From assembly GCA_041390865.1 (NCBI GenBank), contig JAWKPC010000002.1:388584-452583 (forward strand): a stretch of 64,000 nucleotides of DNA, read 5' to 3'. Under the pieces are notes generated by a model. The model worked only from the letters and a program-made list of their open reading frames with translations. It did not search any database and was not told the DNA's origin. Source of the DNA: Thermomicrobiales bacterium. Its GTDB lineage: Bacteria > Chloroflexota > Chloroflexia > Thermomicrobiales > CFX8. Below are positions 38,826 through 47,432 of the stretch, piece by piece (within the stretch, counting starts at the first letter, position 1; each line of letters begins with the position of its first letter). A program made the translations under genes and the position numbers.

Positions 38826-39731
38826 GTGGTGCAGCGTTCCGAAGACTGCATGGTAGTATCCACGGCCGTTATCGGGCTGTCGATCCTGATCGCGGTGCTG
38901 GCGGTTGTGGCGTCGGCGGCGGGGATCTTCTGGGAGTTCGGCACGGACCCGACTACGTACGTGACTGAGCGGGGCGAGGAGGTGGAGCTATACGGGCAGG
39001 GGCTCTATCGCTATGACTCGCTCTTCCGGGGCGCGGGTTTTCGCGGCACGGATGTCATCGTGATCCTGATCGTGGCGCCCTTGCTGCTAATCTCGACTTA
39101 CCTTTACCGTCGGAGATCAGTGCCCGGCGGGTTGCTGTTGCTCGGGGCGCTTGCGTTCATGGTTTACAACTACGCCTCGATATCGTTGAGCGCCTCGTTC
39201 AACCAACTCTTCCTGCTCTATGTCGTGCTCTTCTCGGCCAGCCTGCTCGCCTTCTTCCAGTTGCTCAGGTCGTTTGACGTACCGTCGCTGAGCGCGCGAT
39301 TCTCGGAACGATTGCCTCGTCGATTCATTGCTGGCTACATGATTGCCAGTGGTGTCGTGACGGCGGTGGTCTGGTTGATGCCGCAGATTGCCTGGATCGT
39401 GGATGATGAGATCCCGGAGCGGATGGACAACGCAACGACGATGGTGACGGACGTACTCGATCTCGGGATCATCGTGCCGCTGACGATCATTTCCGGTGTC
39501 CTGCTACTGCGTCGCGATCCACGAGGATACTTCGTCGCCTTCCCGTTGCTGATGGTCGTGCTGCTGCTTGTGCCGATGATCAGCGCCCAGACGGCGAGTC
39601 AGGTGACGGCCGGGGTGACACTCTCAGCCGGAGAGATCATCGGGCCGCTGGCCGGGTTCATCGTCCTGGGTTCGATCGGAGTCTGGATCATCGTTCGGCT
39701 GTTGCGGGATATCGCGTATCCCGCTACCTGA
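38826..39731 (+). CDS. Polytopic membrane protein, function unknown
   Basis: About 300 aa with roughly 7-8 hydrophobic segments and no recognisable motif. The start could be 38826 (GTG) or 38847 (ATG). Confidence 0.5.
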   Translation: MVQRSEDCMVVSTAVIGLSILIAVLAVVASAAGIFWEFGTDPTTYVTERGEEVELYGQGLYRYDSLFRGAGFRGTDVIVILIVAPLLLISTYLYRRRSVPGGLLLLGALAFMVYNYASISLSASFNQLFLLYVVLFSASLLAFFQLLRSFDVPSLSARFSERLPRRFIAGYMIASGVVTAVVWLMPQIAWIVDDEIPERMDNATTMVTDVLDLGIIVPLTIISGVLLLRRDPRGYFVAFPLLMVVLLLVPMISAQTASQVTAGVTLSAGEIIGPLAGFIVLGSIGVWIIVRLLRDIAYPAT

Positions 39732-40665
39732 CGATGTCATCTCCGAGGCGGTCGAGTGCTTCGACTGCTGCCGACAGTTCCTCGCGAGTAATGACCGCAA
39801 GATCGCCGGGTATGGTCATGGCGATGCTGGCGGAGGCAACGGCGCTACGGAGCGCGGTTGCGACATCGTCCTGATCGTCGAGCCAGGCGTCGACGAAGCC
39901 GGCGGCGAAGGCATCACCGGCTCCGACCGGATCGATGATGTCGACGAGCGGCGCAGGCTGGTGCCAGATGTCGCCCGAGCGGCTCACGGCCGTCGCTCCG
40001 GCGTGTCCGGACGTGACGATAACCAGCCGAGCGCTCGACCTGTCCAGCAGTTCCCGGGCGACATGCTCAGGTTTCCCGTCCAGTTGCCAGATCGTCCGGG
40101 CATCCCCCGCGCCGCAGAAGAGCAGATCGACATGATCCAGGAAGAACTGGATGCCGGCCGCGGCTTCTTCGGGCGACCAGAGCAGGCCGCGGTAATTGAC
40201 GTCGAACATCAGCGGCACGCTGGCGCGGCCGGCTTGTTCGACCAGCCTCCGGCAGCTTTCGGCGCACCCTTCCGAGAGTGCCGGGGTGATGCCGGTCAGG
40301 TGCAGCAGCCGGGATGAGCTGACCAGGGCGTAGGAGATCGAGTCGGGGTCGATCCCGGCAACGGCGGATCCTGCACGGTCGTAGATGACGCGTGTCGGAC
40401 GCGGGGCGGTCCCGGGTTCGAGGAAGTAGATCCCGGCGCGCCCGGAGGGCTCCCAGATGATTTGGCTGGTGTCGACTCCGTGAAATCGCAGCGTCGCGGC
40501 GATGCGGCGGCCGAGCGGGTTGGCCGGGAGAGCGGAGAGCCAGGTCGCGCGACGCCCCAGCCGGGCCAGGGCGACGGCGACGTTCGATTCCGTTCCGCCG
40601 ATCGAGATGTCGAGCGTTGCGGTTGTCTCGAGCCGGTCGAAGCCCGGAGTGGCGAGCCGGATCAT
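39724..40665 (-). CDS. PfkB-family sugar kinase (2-keto-3-deoxygluconate kinase-like)
   Basis: GGTESNVAVALARLG at the N-terminus and DPVGAGDAFAAGF at the C-terminus, which are the PfkB signatures. Confidence 0.85.
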   Translation of the reverse strand: MIRLATPGFDRLETTATLDISIGGTESNVAVALARLGRRATWLSALPANPLGRRIAATLRFHGVDTSQIIWEPSGRAGIYFLEPGTAPRPTRVIYDRAGSAVAGIDPDSISYALVSSSRLLHLTGITPALSEGCAESCRRLVEQAGRASVPLMFDVNYRGLLWSPEEAAAGIQFFLDHVDLLFCGAGDARTIWQLDGKPEHVARELLDRSSARLVIVTSGHAGATAVSRSGDIWHQPAPLVDIIDPVGAGDAFAAGFVDAWLDDQDDVATALRSAVASASIAMTIPGDLAVITREELSAAVEALDRLGDDIVR

Positions 40666-40720
40666 CGTCTCGCCGAAGCTCAGGACATCGATGCTCGCGG
40701 TTTGGCTGGCGCTCGTCGTT

Positions 40721-41245
40721 CTACTCCGTATTGCTCAGGGCCTGCTTGCCTTCCGCAAGGCTGGCCGTCAGGGCGGACACCCATTCGAAATCGCGTTTGA
40801 CGATGTTCAACCCGATGGCGGTGTTCGAGCGGGTGACTCCCTCGATCTTTGCCAGGCGGTCGGTCAGGAATGCATAGAGATCGTCCTGGTCCAGGAAGGT
40901 AGCAGTCAGGATGATGTCGAACTCCCCGGTGGTAATGACCAGGTACATGACTTCGGGGAAGTCCGCCAGCGTCCTGGCGATCTCCGGGACGCGTTGCGCC
41001 TCGGTCTGGAGCGACACCACGGCGGTCAGCGTATAGCCGAGCCGTTCCGGTTCGACCAGTGCGGTGATGCGCAGGAGCCCGCTCTCGGTCAGTCTCCGGA
41101 CGCGATAGCGGACGGTGGCCTCGGGTACCCCCAGGTTACGGGCGATCTCACGGTTCGAGCACCTGCCGTCGGCCTGTAGCATGCTAATGATCTGGCGGTC
41201 GAGCTGGTCTGGATCGACCATCGTCCGCCTGTTATCTCTCTCCAC
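40721..41245 (-). CDS. Lrp/AsnC-family transcriptional regulator
   Basis: LDRQIISMLQADGRCSNREIARNLGVPEATVRYRVRRLTESGLL HTH plus a C-terminal RAM-like domain. Confidence 0.9.
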   Translation of the reverse strand: MERDNRRTMVDPDQLDRQIISMLQADGRCSNREIARNLGVPEATVRYRVRRLTESGLLRITALVEPERLGYTLTAVVSLQTEAQRVPEIARTLADFPEVMYLVITTGEFDIILTATFLDQDDLYAFLTDRLAKIEGVTRSNTAIGLNIVKRDFEWVSALTASLAEGKQALSNTE

Positions 41246-41375
41246 TCCCTCACCCCCACCTGTCTGGGCCGAAAATGAGTCCCCGGCTCAATCCCGGCTA
41301 TCGAGTCTCATTGTTATCGTATCAGCGACGCTCGCCATTTTACGCATATATGAAGAAGTCTGCCTATGAAGTTCG

Positions 41376-42137
41376 TTACGATGCGACAAACGCCTCGATG
41401 AACTCGACGATGCGGTCACAGGCTGCCTCGACGGTCGCCTCACCATATTCGATCGACGTGCCGCGCGCGTCTCCGAGCGCTCCGTTGGCGGTCACTTCGT
41501 CGAAGAAGTAGGGCACCTTGATCCGACCCTGGAATCCGGCCTGCGGATACGGCTCCGGCTGGATGTCGCCGGGCGCCAGCGCAGAATCCCGAACCGCCCA
41601 GGGATAGCCGAGGTAGAGCAGCTGGCTGGCTTCGTTCTCGCAGGCGTGGCCGATGCGCTCGGCGGTCTTGCCCTCATTGACGACGTCGCGGGCGACCTCG
41701 GTCGGCGTCAGGTAGGCGATATTGACGCCCAGCTCGTAGCGAAGCTTCATCGTGACGAGCTGCAGGGCGGGCATGTTGCCGCCGTGGCCGTTGATGACGA
41801 GGAAGTTGTTGATACCGTGATGCTGGAGGCTCTCAACGACCTCGTAGACGACGGCCATGAAGGTCTCCGGCTTGAGCGTCACCGTGCCCGGAAAACGCAT
41901 GTGGTGGTAGGAGACGCCGTAGCCGACCGGCGGAGCGGCCAGCGCGCGCGGGTAGAGCTTCTCGGCCAGCAGCCGGCAGAAGCCCTCGGCCCGGCCGGTG
42001 TCGGTGAAGAACGTCGTGTTCGGCCCGTGCTGCTCGGCCGAACCGGTCGGCACGAGCGCGATCTGGACATCTTCGAGCGCGTCCTTGACCTCGGGCCAGG
42101 TCATCTCATTGAGGACGTGTCGTGGTGGTGTGGACAT
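41376..42137 (-). CDS. Creatininase-family amidohydrolase
   Basis: MTWPEVKDAL...ALVPTGSAEQHGPNT and INGHGGN motifs. Start at MSTPP (42137). Confidence 0.8.
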   Translation of the reverse strand: MSTPPRHVLNEMTWPEVKDALEDVQIALVPTGSAEQHGPNTTFFTDTGRAEGFCRLLAEKLYPRALAAPPVGYGVSYHHMRFPGTVTLKPETFMAVVYEVVESLQHHGINNFLVINGHGGNMPALQLVTMKLRYELGVNIAYLTPTEVARDVVNEGKTAERIGHACENEASQLLYLGYPWAVRDSALAPGDIQPEPYPQAGFQGRIKVPYFFDEVTANGALGDARGTSIEYGEATVEAACDRIVEFIEAFVAS

Positions 42138-42146
42138 GTAACAGCC

Positions 42147-42200
42147 TTCCCTCACCCCCGGCCCCTCTCCCACTGCTGCGCGGGGAGAGGGGTGTGGGAG
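42147..42200. repeat. GC-rich ~50-bp hairpin repeat, copy 1, flanking the DUF559 gene
   Basis: ttccctcacccccggcccctctcccactgctgcgcggggagagggg. Internal hairpin ctctccc...gggagag. Same orientation as copy 2. Confidence 0.7.
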
Positions 42201-42201
42201 T

Positions 42202-42552
42202 CTATTGCGTTGATCGATTGATTTCGGCGATTGCGCGTTCGATCTGTTCGAGTACCTCCTCGATGTTGTGTTCCACGTCGGCGGCTCGGACCCGGATGAA
42301 GCGGAATCCGAGGCGCTCGATCAGGTGTTGGCGTTCGGCGTCGCGTTTGTGTTCTTCTAGCGCATCGTGGATGGGTCCGTCGACTTCGACGACCAGACGG
42401 AGAGACGGCGCGCAGAAGTCGACGACGAACGGGCCGATCGGTTGCTGTCTCCGGAATTTCGTACCGGCAAGTTTGCGGCCCCTGAGGTGTTCCCAGAGGA
42501 TCTGTTCACTGTGCGTCGGAGCTTTGCGGAAGTCGCGGGCGATCCGGACCAT
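42202..42552 (-). CDS. DUF559 (Vsr-like endonuclease fold) domain protein
   Basis: From the ATG at 42552: SEQILWEHLRGRKLAGTKFRRQQPIGPFVVDFCAPSLRLVVEVDGPIH...RLGFRFIRV. The upstream part of the track ORF is a translated repeat. Confidence 0.8.
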   Translation of the reverse strand: MVRIARDFRKAPTHSEQILWEHLRGRKLAGTKFRRQQPIGPFVVDFCAPSLRLVVEVDGPIHDALEEHKRDAERQHLIERLGFRFIRVRAADVEHNIEEVLEQIERAIAEINRSTQ

Positions 42553-42606
42553 CACGCGGCGGAGCGGTTCGGGGATTTGCCAGCGGTCTTGTGGGGTTGC
42601 GCGGGA

Positions 42607-42655
42607 TTCCCTCACCCCCTGGCCCCCTCTCCCACTGCTGCGCGGGGAGAGGGGG
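42607..42655. repeat. GC-rich ~50-bp hairpin repeat, copy 2
   Basis: ttccctcaccccctggccccctctcccactgctgcgcggggagaggggg, nearly identical to 42147-42200. Confidence 0.7.
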
Positions 42656-42698
42656 AACCGATCCGGGAGCCGGAGCGCATAGAACTGTTTCTCGCTTT

Positions 42699-42760
42699 TC
42701 TCCCCCTCTCCCCGCGTAGCGGAGCGAAGCAGTGGGAGAGGGGGGCGGGGGGTGAGGGAA
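42699..42760. repeat. GC-rich hairpin repeat, copy 3 (inverted orientation)
   Basis: ctccccctctccccgcgtagcggagcgaagcagtgggagaggggggcggggggtgagggaa is the reverse-orientation relative of copies 1 and 2. Confidence 0.6.
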
Positions 42761-42767
42761 ATCCCTC

Positions 42768-44039
42768 TCACTCCCGCAATTCCAGCATCGACTTCGGGTT
42801 GTTCTTCTCGCCGGCAGTCGAGGGGTTGAGCCACTGGACGCCGTCGCGGGCGAAGCGGTTGGGGTCAAAGGGGGAGAGGTCGAACGGGGTTTCGCCGTCG
42901 ACGATGAGCTGGGCGAGGGCTTTGCCGGAGACGGGACCCCAGGAGAAGCCGCCGCCATTGTAGCCGGCGCTGAGATAGAGGCCTTTGGCGGGCTCGTAGG
43001 GACCGATGAGCGGCAGGCCGTCGGCGGTGAAGCCCATCAGGCCGGCCCAGGCGCGGACGACGTTGACCCGGCCGAGCTTTGGGAAGAGCGTCGCCAGCAA
43101 GTGGGCGCAGCCGAGCATACAGTCAGGCTCGACCTCCTCGGTGTAGAGCCCGAGTCCCTCGTTCCTGTCGTAACGCCGAAAGCCGCCGCAGATGAGCTGG
43201 CCGGTCGAGGTCTGGCGGCCGTATTCCTTGTCGTAGTTGGTGCCGAAGGTGACCGGCAGGATCGGCGCGACGGGCTGGGTGACGATGATCTGGCCGCGGG
43301 CGGAGACGAGGGCGCCTTCCGGGAGATCGGGCAGGATGTGGGGCGTCCAGGCGTTGCTGGCCAGGATGACGGTGTCGGTTTCGATCGTGCCCCGTTCGGT
43401 CTCGACGCCGGTGACGTTGCCGTTTGATGTCTTCAGGCCCTTGACCGTCGTCCAGGGATGGACCTCGGCGCCGAACTCCCTGGCTCCCTCGGCCTGGCCG
43501 TTGACGAGCTTGAAGGGCCAGAGGTGGCCGGAGTGCTTGGTGTGCTTCGCGCCGAGCAGGTGGTCGCTGGCGACCGGGATCAGGTCGCGGAGTTGCTGGC
43601 CGTCGAGCAGTTCCACGTCGGTATCGAGGTTCTGGACGCTACGGACGGATTCCTGCAGGTACTCCCACTGTTCCTCGTTCTGGGCGATGTCGACCGAGCC
43701 GGTGACGCGGAGATCGAAGTCGTCGTGGAGCTCTTCGCGCAGGTCTTCCCGGATCATCCGGAAGTTCTCGCTGGTCATGGCGTGGATTGCCTGGCCCTCT
43801 TTCGATGCCAGCGACGAACCCCCGCTGCCGGTCATGCCGGCGTTGCGGCCGGACGCGCCGGAGCAGACGCCGCGCATCTCGACCAGCGTGACCCGTTTCC
43901 CGCGCTTCGCCAGTTGATAGGCCGCCGACGTCCCTGCGACGCCGCCGCCGATCACGACGACATCCGAGGATTCCGGCAGGGGGCCGAGCGCGTCATAGAG
44001 TTCGTCCGATGACCATGCGATCTGCGTGGTGGTGCTCAT
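42768..44039 (-). CDS. FAD-dependent oxidoreductase (sarcosine oxidase beta / D-amino-acid dehydrogenase-like)
   Basis: SDVVVIGGGVAGTSAAYQLAKRG dinucleotide-binding motif. 423 aa, DAO family. Confidence 0.8.
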   Translation of the reverse strand: MSTTTQIAWSSDELYDALGPLPESSDVVVIGGGVAGTSAAYQLAKRGKRVTLVEMRGVCSGASGRNAGMTGSGGSSLASKEGQAIHAMTSENFRMIREDLREELHDDFDLRVTGSVDIAQNEEQWEYLQESVRSVQNLDTDVELLDGQQLRDLIPVASDHLLGAKHTKHSGHLWPFKLVNGQAEGAREFGAEVHPWTTVKGLKTSNGNVTGVETERGTIETDTVILASNAWTPHILPDLPEGALVSARGQIIVTQPVAPILPVTFGTNYDKEYGRQTSTGQLICGGFRRYDRNEGLGLYTEEVEPDCMLGCAHLLATLFPKLGRVNVVRAWAGLMGFTADGLPLIGPYEPAKGLYLSAGYNGGGFSWGPVSGKALAQLIVDGETPFDLSPFDPNRFARDGVQWLNPSTAGEKNNPKSMLELRE

Positions 44040-44156
44040 GTTTGTTTCCGTCCGTTTCTGGTTGTGCGGGGTGCATTGTAGGGGGTTGTGATGGCATTGT
44101 CAGGAGTGAGGTTTCTTGCTCGTTTCTTTCGCGTCATCGTCGCGGGAAACCGCAAT

Positions 44157-44371
44157 CCACCGCCTCGTCGTTCTGAGCGGAGGCTTTGCGGAGTCGAAGA
44201 ATCCGAGAGTGCGCAAACCCTGGGACTCAGGAGGGTCGAAGCTCTGGTCTGTCGTCCAGTTCTGGACCGCGTTGCATTGGTGACTACATCATTCGCTACG
44301 AGTTTCCGGGTCCATGGTGAGTTGGATTCTTCGACTCCGGGAGCCCTCCGCTCAGAATGACGAGGCGGTGG
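44157..44371. mobile_element. MITE-like element with ~48-bp terminal inverted repeats
   Basis: Left arm ccaccgcctcgtcgttctgagcggaggctttgcggagtcgaagaatcc (44157-44204). Right arm ggattcttcgactccgggagccctccgctcagaatgacgaggcggtgg (44324-44371). A few central mismatches, a ~120-bp core, and no ORF with credible coding features. Confidence 0.55.
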
Positions 44372-44406
44372 TTTCGAGTTATTTTCCGGGTGAGGCTTTG
44401 GTCAAA

Positions 44407-45312
44407 CTACAACGGGAAATCCTCGTCGATGCCGATGATGTCGATGGTCTCGGTGAGGTCGTCCAGCGAGCCCTGGTCGAGGCGGGGGCCGGGATGGCGG
44501 ACGGCGGCGGTGGCGATCAGGCCGCGGCGGCGGAGGATCTCCTTGCGGACGGCGAGTCCGAGCTTGGGCTGGCCCTCGAACTGGATCAGCGGCAGGTAGC
44601 GGTAGTAGAGCTCGGCGGCCTTGCGGCGGTCGCAAGCGTCCCAGGCCCGCCAGATGGCGACGAGGGCTTCAGGGTAGGCGAAGCCGGTCATCGTGCCGGA
44701 CGCGCCACGCCGTAGCTCGTCGAGGTAGTAGATGCCGCCGAGCGCGCCGAGGATCGTGACCTCATCTCTCTCGATCAGCGCCAGTGTCTGGCTGACGCGC
44801 TGCGGGGTCGGCGGGTCTTCGAGCTTGATCGTCGTGATAGCCGGGATGGTGTTGACCAGGGCGGCCATGTCGGCCGGGGTCATCGTGACGCCGTTCGAGG
44901 GCAGGAAATCCTGGAGGGTGATCGGGATCGAGATGGCCTCGCCGAGCCGCCGGAAGTGCTCGGTCAGGGCCGGGCCGGGCTGGAGGTAGAGCGGCGGCGC
45001 GACCATGACGCCGGCCGCACCGGCTTCCTCGGCCTCTTTGCAGGCGGCGATGGTCGTGTCGGTCGCGTTCTGGGATGCGCCGACGATGATCGGAACCCGG
45101 CCGTCGTTGACTTCCATGACAAGTTCGAGCACCCGGCGGCGCTCGCCGTCGAGCATCTTCTGGGCTTCCCCGGCGACGCCGAGGACGGTGATGCCGTCGA
45201 CGCCCATCCGGATCGTCGCATCGGCCAGTTTCCGGAGGCTCTCTTCGTCGAGTGCGCCATCCCCGGTGAATGGGGTAGCCATGATGTTGTAGACGCCGCG
45301 CAGGCCGGGCAT
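44407..45312 (-). CDS. Dihydrodipicolinate synthase/N-acetylneuraminate lyase family (class I aldolase) protein
   Basis: NIMATPFTGDGALDEESLRKL...GVDGITVLGVAGE, a DHDPS-family N-terminus with the expected length. Specific activity not assignable. Confidence 0.8.
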   Translation of the reverse strand: MPGLRGVYNIMATPFTGDGALDEESLRKLADATIRMGVDGITVLGVAGEAQKMLDGERRRVLELVMEVNDGRVPIIVGASQNATDTTIAACKEAEEAGAAGVMVAPPLYLQPGPALTEHFRRLGEAISIPITLQDFLPSNGVTMTPADMAALVNTIPAITTIKLEDPPTPQRVSQTLALIERDEVTILGALGGIYYLDELRRGASGTMTGFAYPEALVAIWRAWDACDRRKAAELYYRYLPLIQFEGQPKLGLAVRKEILRRRGLIATAAVRHPGPRLDQGSLDDLTETIDIIGIDEDFPL

Positions 45313-45578
45313 GGTGAGTTCCTTTCGTTTCGGGGAGTGTAGCGTGGAGTTTGTAGTGCGTAGGTTGTCGTTTGTAGGGAACGGCCGGAGAAATCCTCAT
45401 CCTTGTCTCCTCTGCTAATTGATGCCGGAGTGGGATGTGTCTGTGGCAGCGACAAAAGCCCTCCCTCTATATCGAGGGGGGACAGGTGAGAGAGCCCGCT
45501 TATCCCACGTACAATATGGACAGGAATAACGATTCAATCGTGGTGGATGTCCGGACGTTTCCGGGAGATTGGAGCGCC

Positions 45579-47432
45579 ATGAGCACGACCTCGCAACCGG
45601 CTGCACCATCTCAGCCCAGGCCGCCCGCGTCTCCGGCACCGTTGAAATTCGCGCGGGATGTCATCAAGCTTGGCGTCGACGCCACCACCGCCTACGAACG
45701 GCCTGATTTGCAGGAGCGGATTCAGCTTGCCCTGAACCGGCTGGACAGGCCGGACACGATTGTCTGTGTGACCGGCGAGTTCAAGAAGGGCAAGAGCGCG
45801 CTGGTGAACGGCTTGCTCGGTGACGACTACTGCCCGGTTCACGACGATCTGGCAACGTCGGCGATCACGATTCTCCGCCATGGCGACGAGCCGTCGATTA
45901 GCGTCCGCCGGCACGAAGCTGGCGAAACGGTCGTCGAGCCGATCGAGCGCGACCAGATCCGGGATTTCGCGACTGAAGAGGGCAACCCTGAAAACGCCCG
46001 CAACGTCGAGTTCGTCGAGCTGCAGGTTCGGAACGGGTTGCTGGCGCGCGGGGTGACGCTGGTCGATACACCGGGGTCCGGGACGCTGGCCTCGGGGTAC
46101 GGAGCCGCGACGCTGGCGTTCCTCCAGTCCGCCGACGCGCTGATCTTCGTGACCGACTGCTCGCAGGAGCTGATCGAGCCGGAAGTCGAGTATCTGCAGG
46201 AGGCGGTCAAGCGTTGCGCGACGGTCATGGTCGTGATGACCAAGATCGATCTCTATCCCGAGTGGAGACGGATTGTCGAGATCAATCGGGAGCATCTCGA
46301 GCGGGCCGGCATCGAAGCGCCGATCGTTCCGGTCTCCTCGACCCTCCGGAACGTAGCTCTCCAGGAACGCGACCGTGACCTGAACAACGAGAGCGGTTTT
46401 CCCGAGCTCCTCGACGCGCTAAGGACGGAGATCCTCGACCAGGCAGGAAAGCGGGCGGCGTTCGAGGCGCTGATGGCGACCCGGACGGCGGCCGATCAGA
46501 TGATCGGAGCCTATCAATCGGAGCTCGACATTCTCGCCGATCCGGAGCGGGCCACCGAGGAGATCGAGCGGCTTGAAGACGCGAAGGAGCGGCTGAACGC
46601 GTTGCGCGGCGCCGGCTCCCGGTGGGCGACGGTCATGAACGACGGTTTTTCCGTCCTCACGTCGAACGTCGATTACCAGTTTCGCTCGACGATGCGCGGC
46701 ATTCTCCGGAGCACCGAGGAACGGATTGAAGATACCGATCCATCGAGCGAGTGGGATGAGATCACCGAGCGACTGCAGAGCGATGTCGCGAAGGCGGTCG
46801 AGGAAGCGTTCAACCGGATCGATGACGACGTCGGGCAGCTTCGCGACACGATCTCAGCGATGCTTCGGGACGAGACGACGGCTATCTGGCAGACGTCGGC
46901 CGGATCGATCTCGATCGGCGTTGAAGACATGTGGAGCGAACGCGAGATCGAGGATGAGAATATCGGCCAGAAGATCTTCAAGGGCCTGAATGCGATGCGC
47001 GGTTCCTACATGGGATTGCTGATGGTCGGGATGCTCGGCAATTTCGTTGGACTGGCGATGATCACTCCTGTCCTGATCGGGGCCGGCGTGCTGTTTGGCG
47101 GCCGACAATTTCTCGAAGAGCGGAAACGCGATGTCACCCGCAAGCGCCAGCAGGCACGCACGTTCGTCCGGCAGTTCGTCGACGACGTCCAGTTCGAAGC
47201 GGGAACGCGCATCCGCGAGACGACGCGCGATTTTCAGCGCGAGATGCGCGATTACTACACCGACCGGATCGGCGAGCTGGCCCAGACCTATACCGAAGCG
47301 GTCCAGAACACTCAGAATAGCCTCAAGCAGGACGAATCCTCGCGAGAGTCGCGCAAGCGCGATCTGACGACGCGGATCGAGAAGCTGACCGAGCTACGGC
47401 GCAGAGTGGAGATTGCCGAGGAGCGGCTGTGA
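45579..47432 (+). CDS. Bacterial dynamin-like protein 1 (GTPase with hydrophobic membrane paddle)
   Basis: G1 GEFKKGKS, G3 DTPGSG, G4 TKID, and long helical stalk regions. Hydrophobic segment YMGLLMVGMLGNFVGLAMITPVLIGAGVLFGG (about 47006-47100). The ATG at 45579 follows ggag. Confidence 0.85.
   Translation: MSTTSQPAAPSQPRPPASPAPLKFARDVIKLGVDATTAYERPDLQERIQLALNRLDRPDTIVCVTGEFKKGKSALVNGLLGDDYCPVHDDLATSAITILRHGDEPSISVRRHEAGETVVEPIERDQIRDFATEEGNPENARNVEFVELQVRNGLLARGVTLVDTPGSGTLASGYGAATLAFLQSADALIFVTDCSQELIEPEVEYLQEAVKRCATVMVVMTKIDLYPEWRRIVEINREHLERAGIEAPIVPVSSTLRNVALQERDRDLNNESGFPELLDALRTEILDQAGKRAAFEALMATRTAADQMIGAYQSELDILADPERATEEIERLEDAKERLNALRGAGSRWATVMNDGFSVLTSNVDYQFRSTMRGILRSTEERIEDTDPSSEWDEITERLQSDVAKAVEEAFNRIDDDVGQLRDTISAMLRDETTAIWQTSAGSISIGVEDMWSEREIEDENIGQKIFKGLNAMRGSYMGLLMVGMLGNFVGLAMITPVLIGAGVLFGGRQFLEERKRDVTRKRQQARTFVRQFVDDVQFEAGTRIRETTRDFQREMRDYYTDRIGELAQTYTEAVQNTQNSLKQDESSRESRKRDLTTRIEKLTELRRRVEIAEERL

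Noticed and set aside
44088-44715. Short + strand ORFs (44088-44360 and 44314-44715) in and next to the MITE-like element.
   Set aside because: The first is a translation of the inverted-repeat element. The second is antisense to the DHDPS-family gene.
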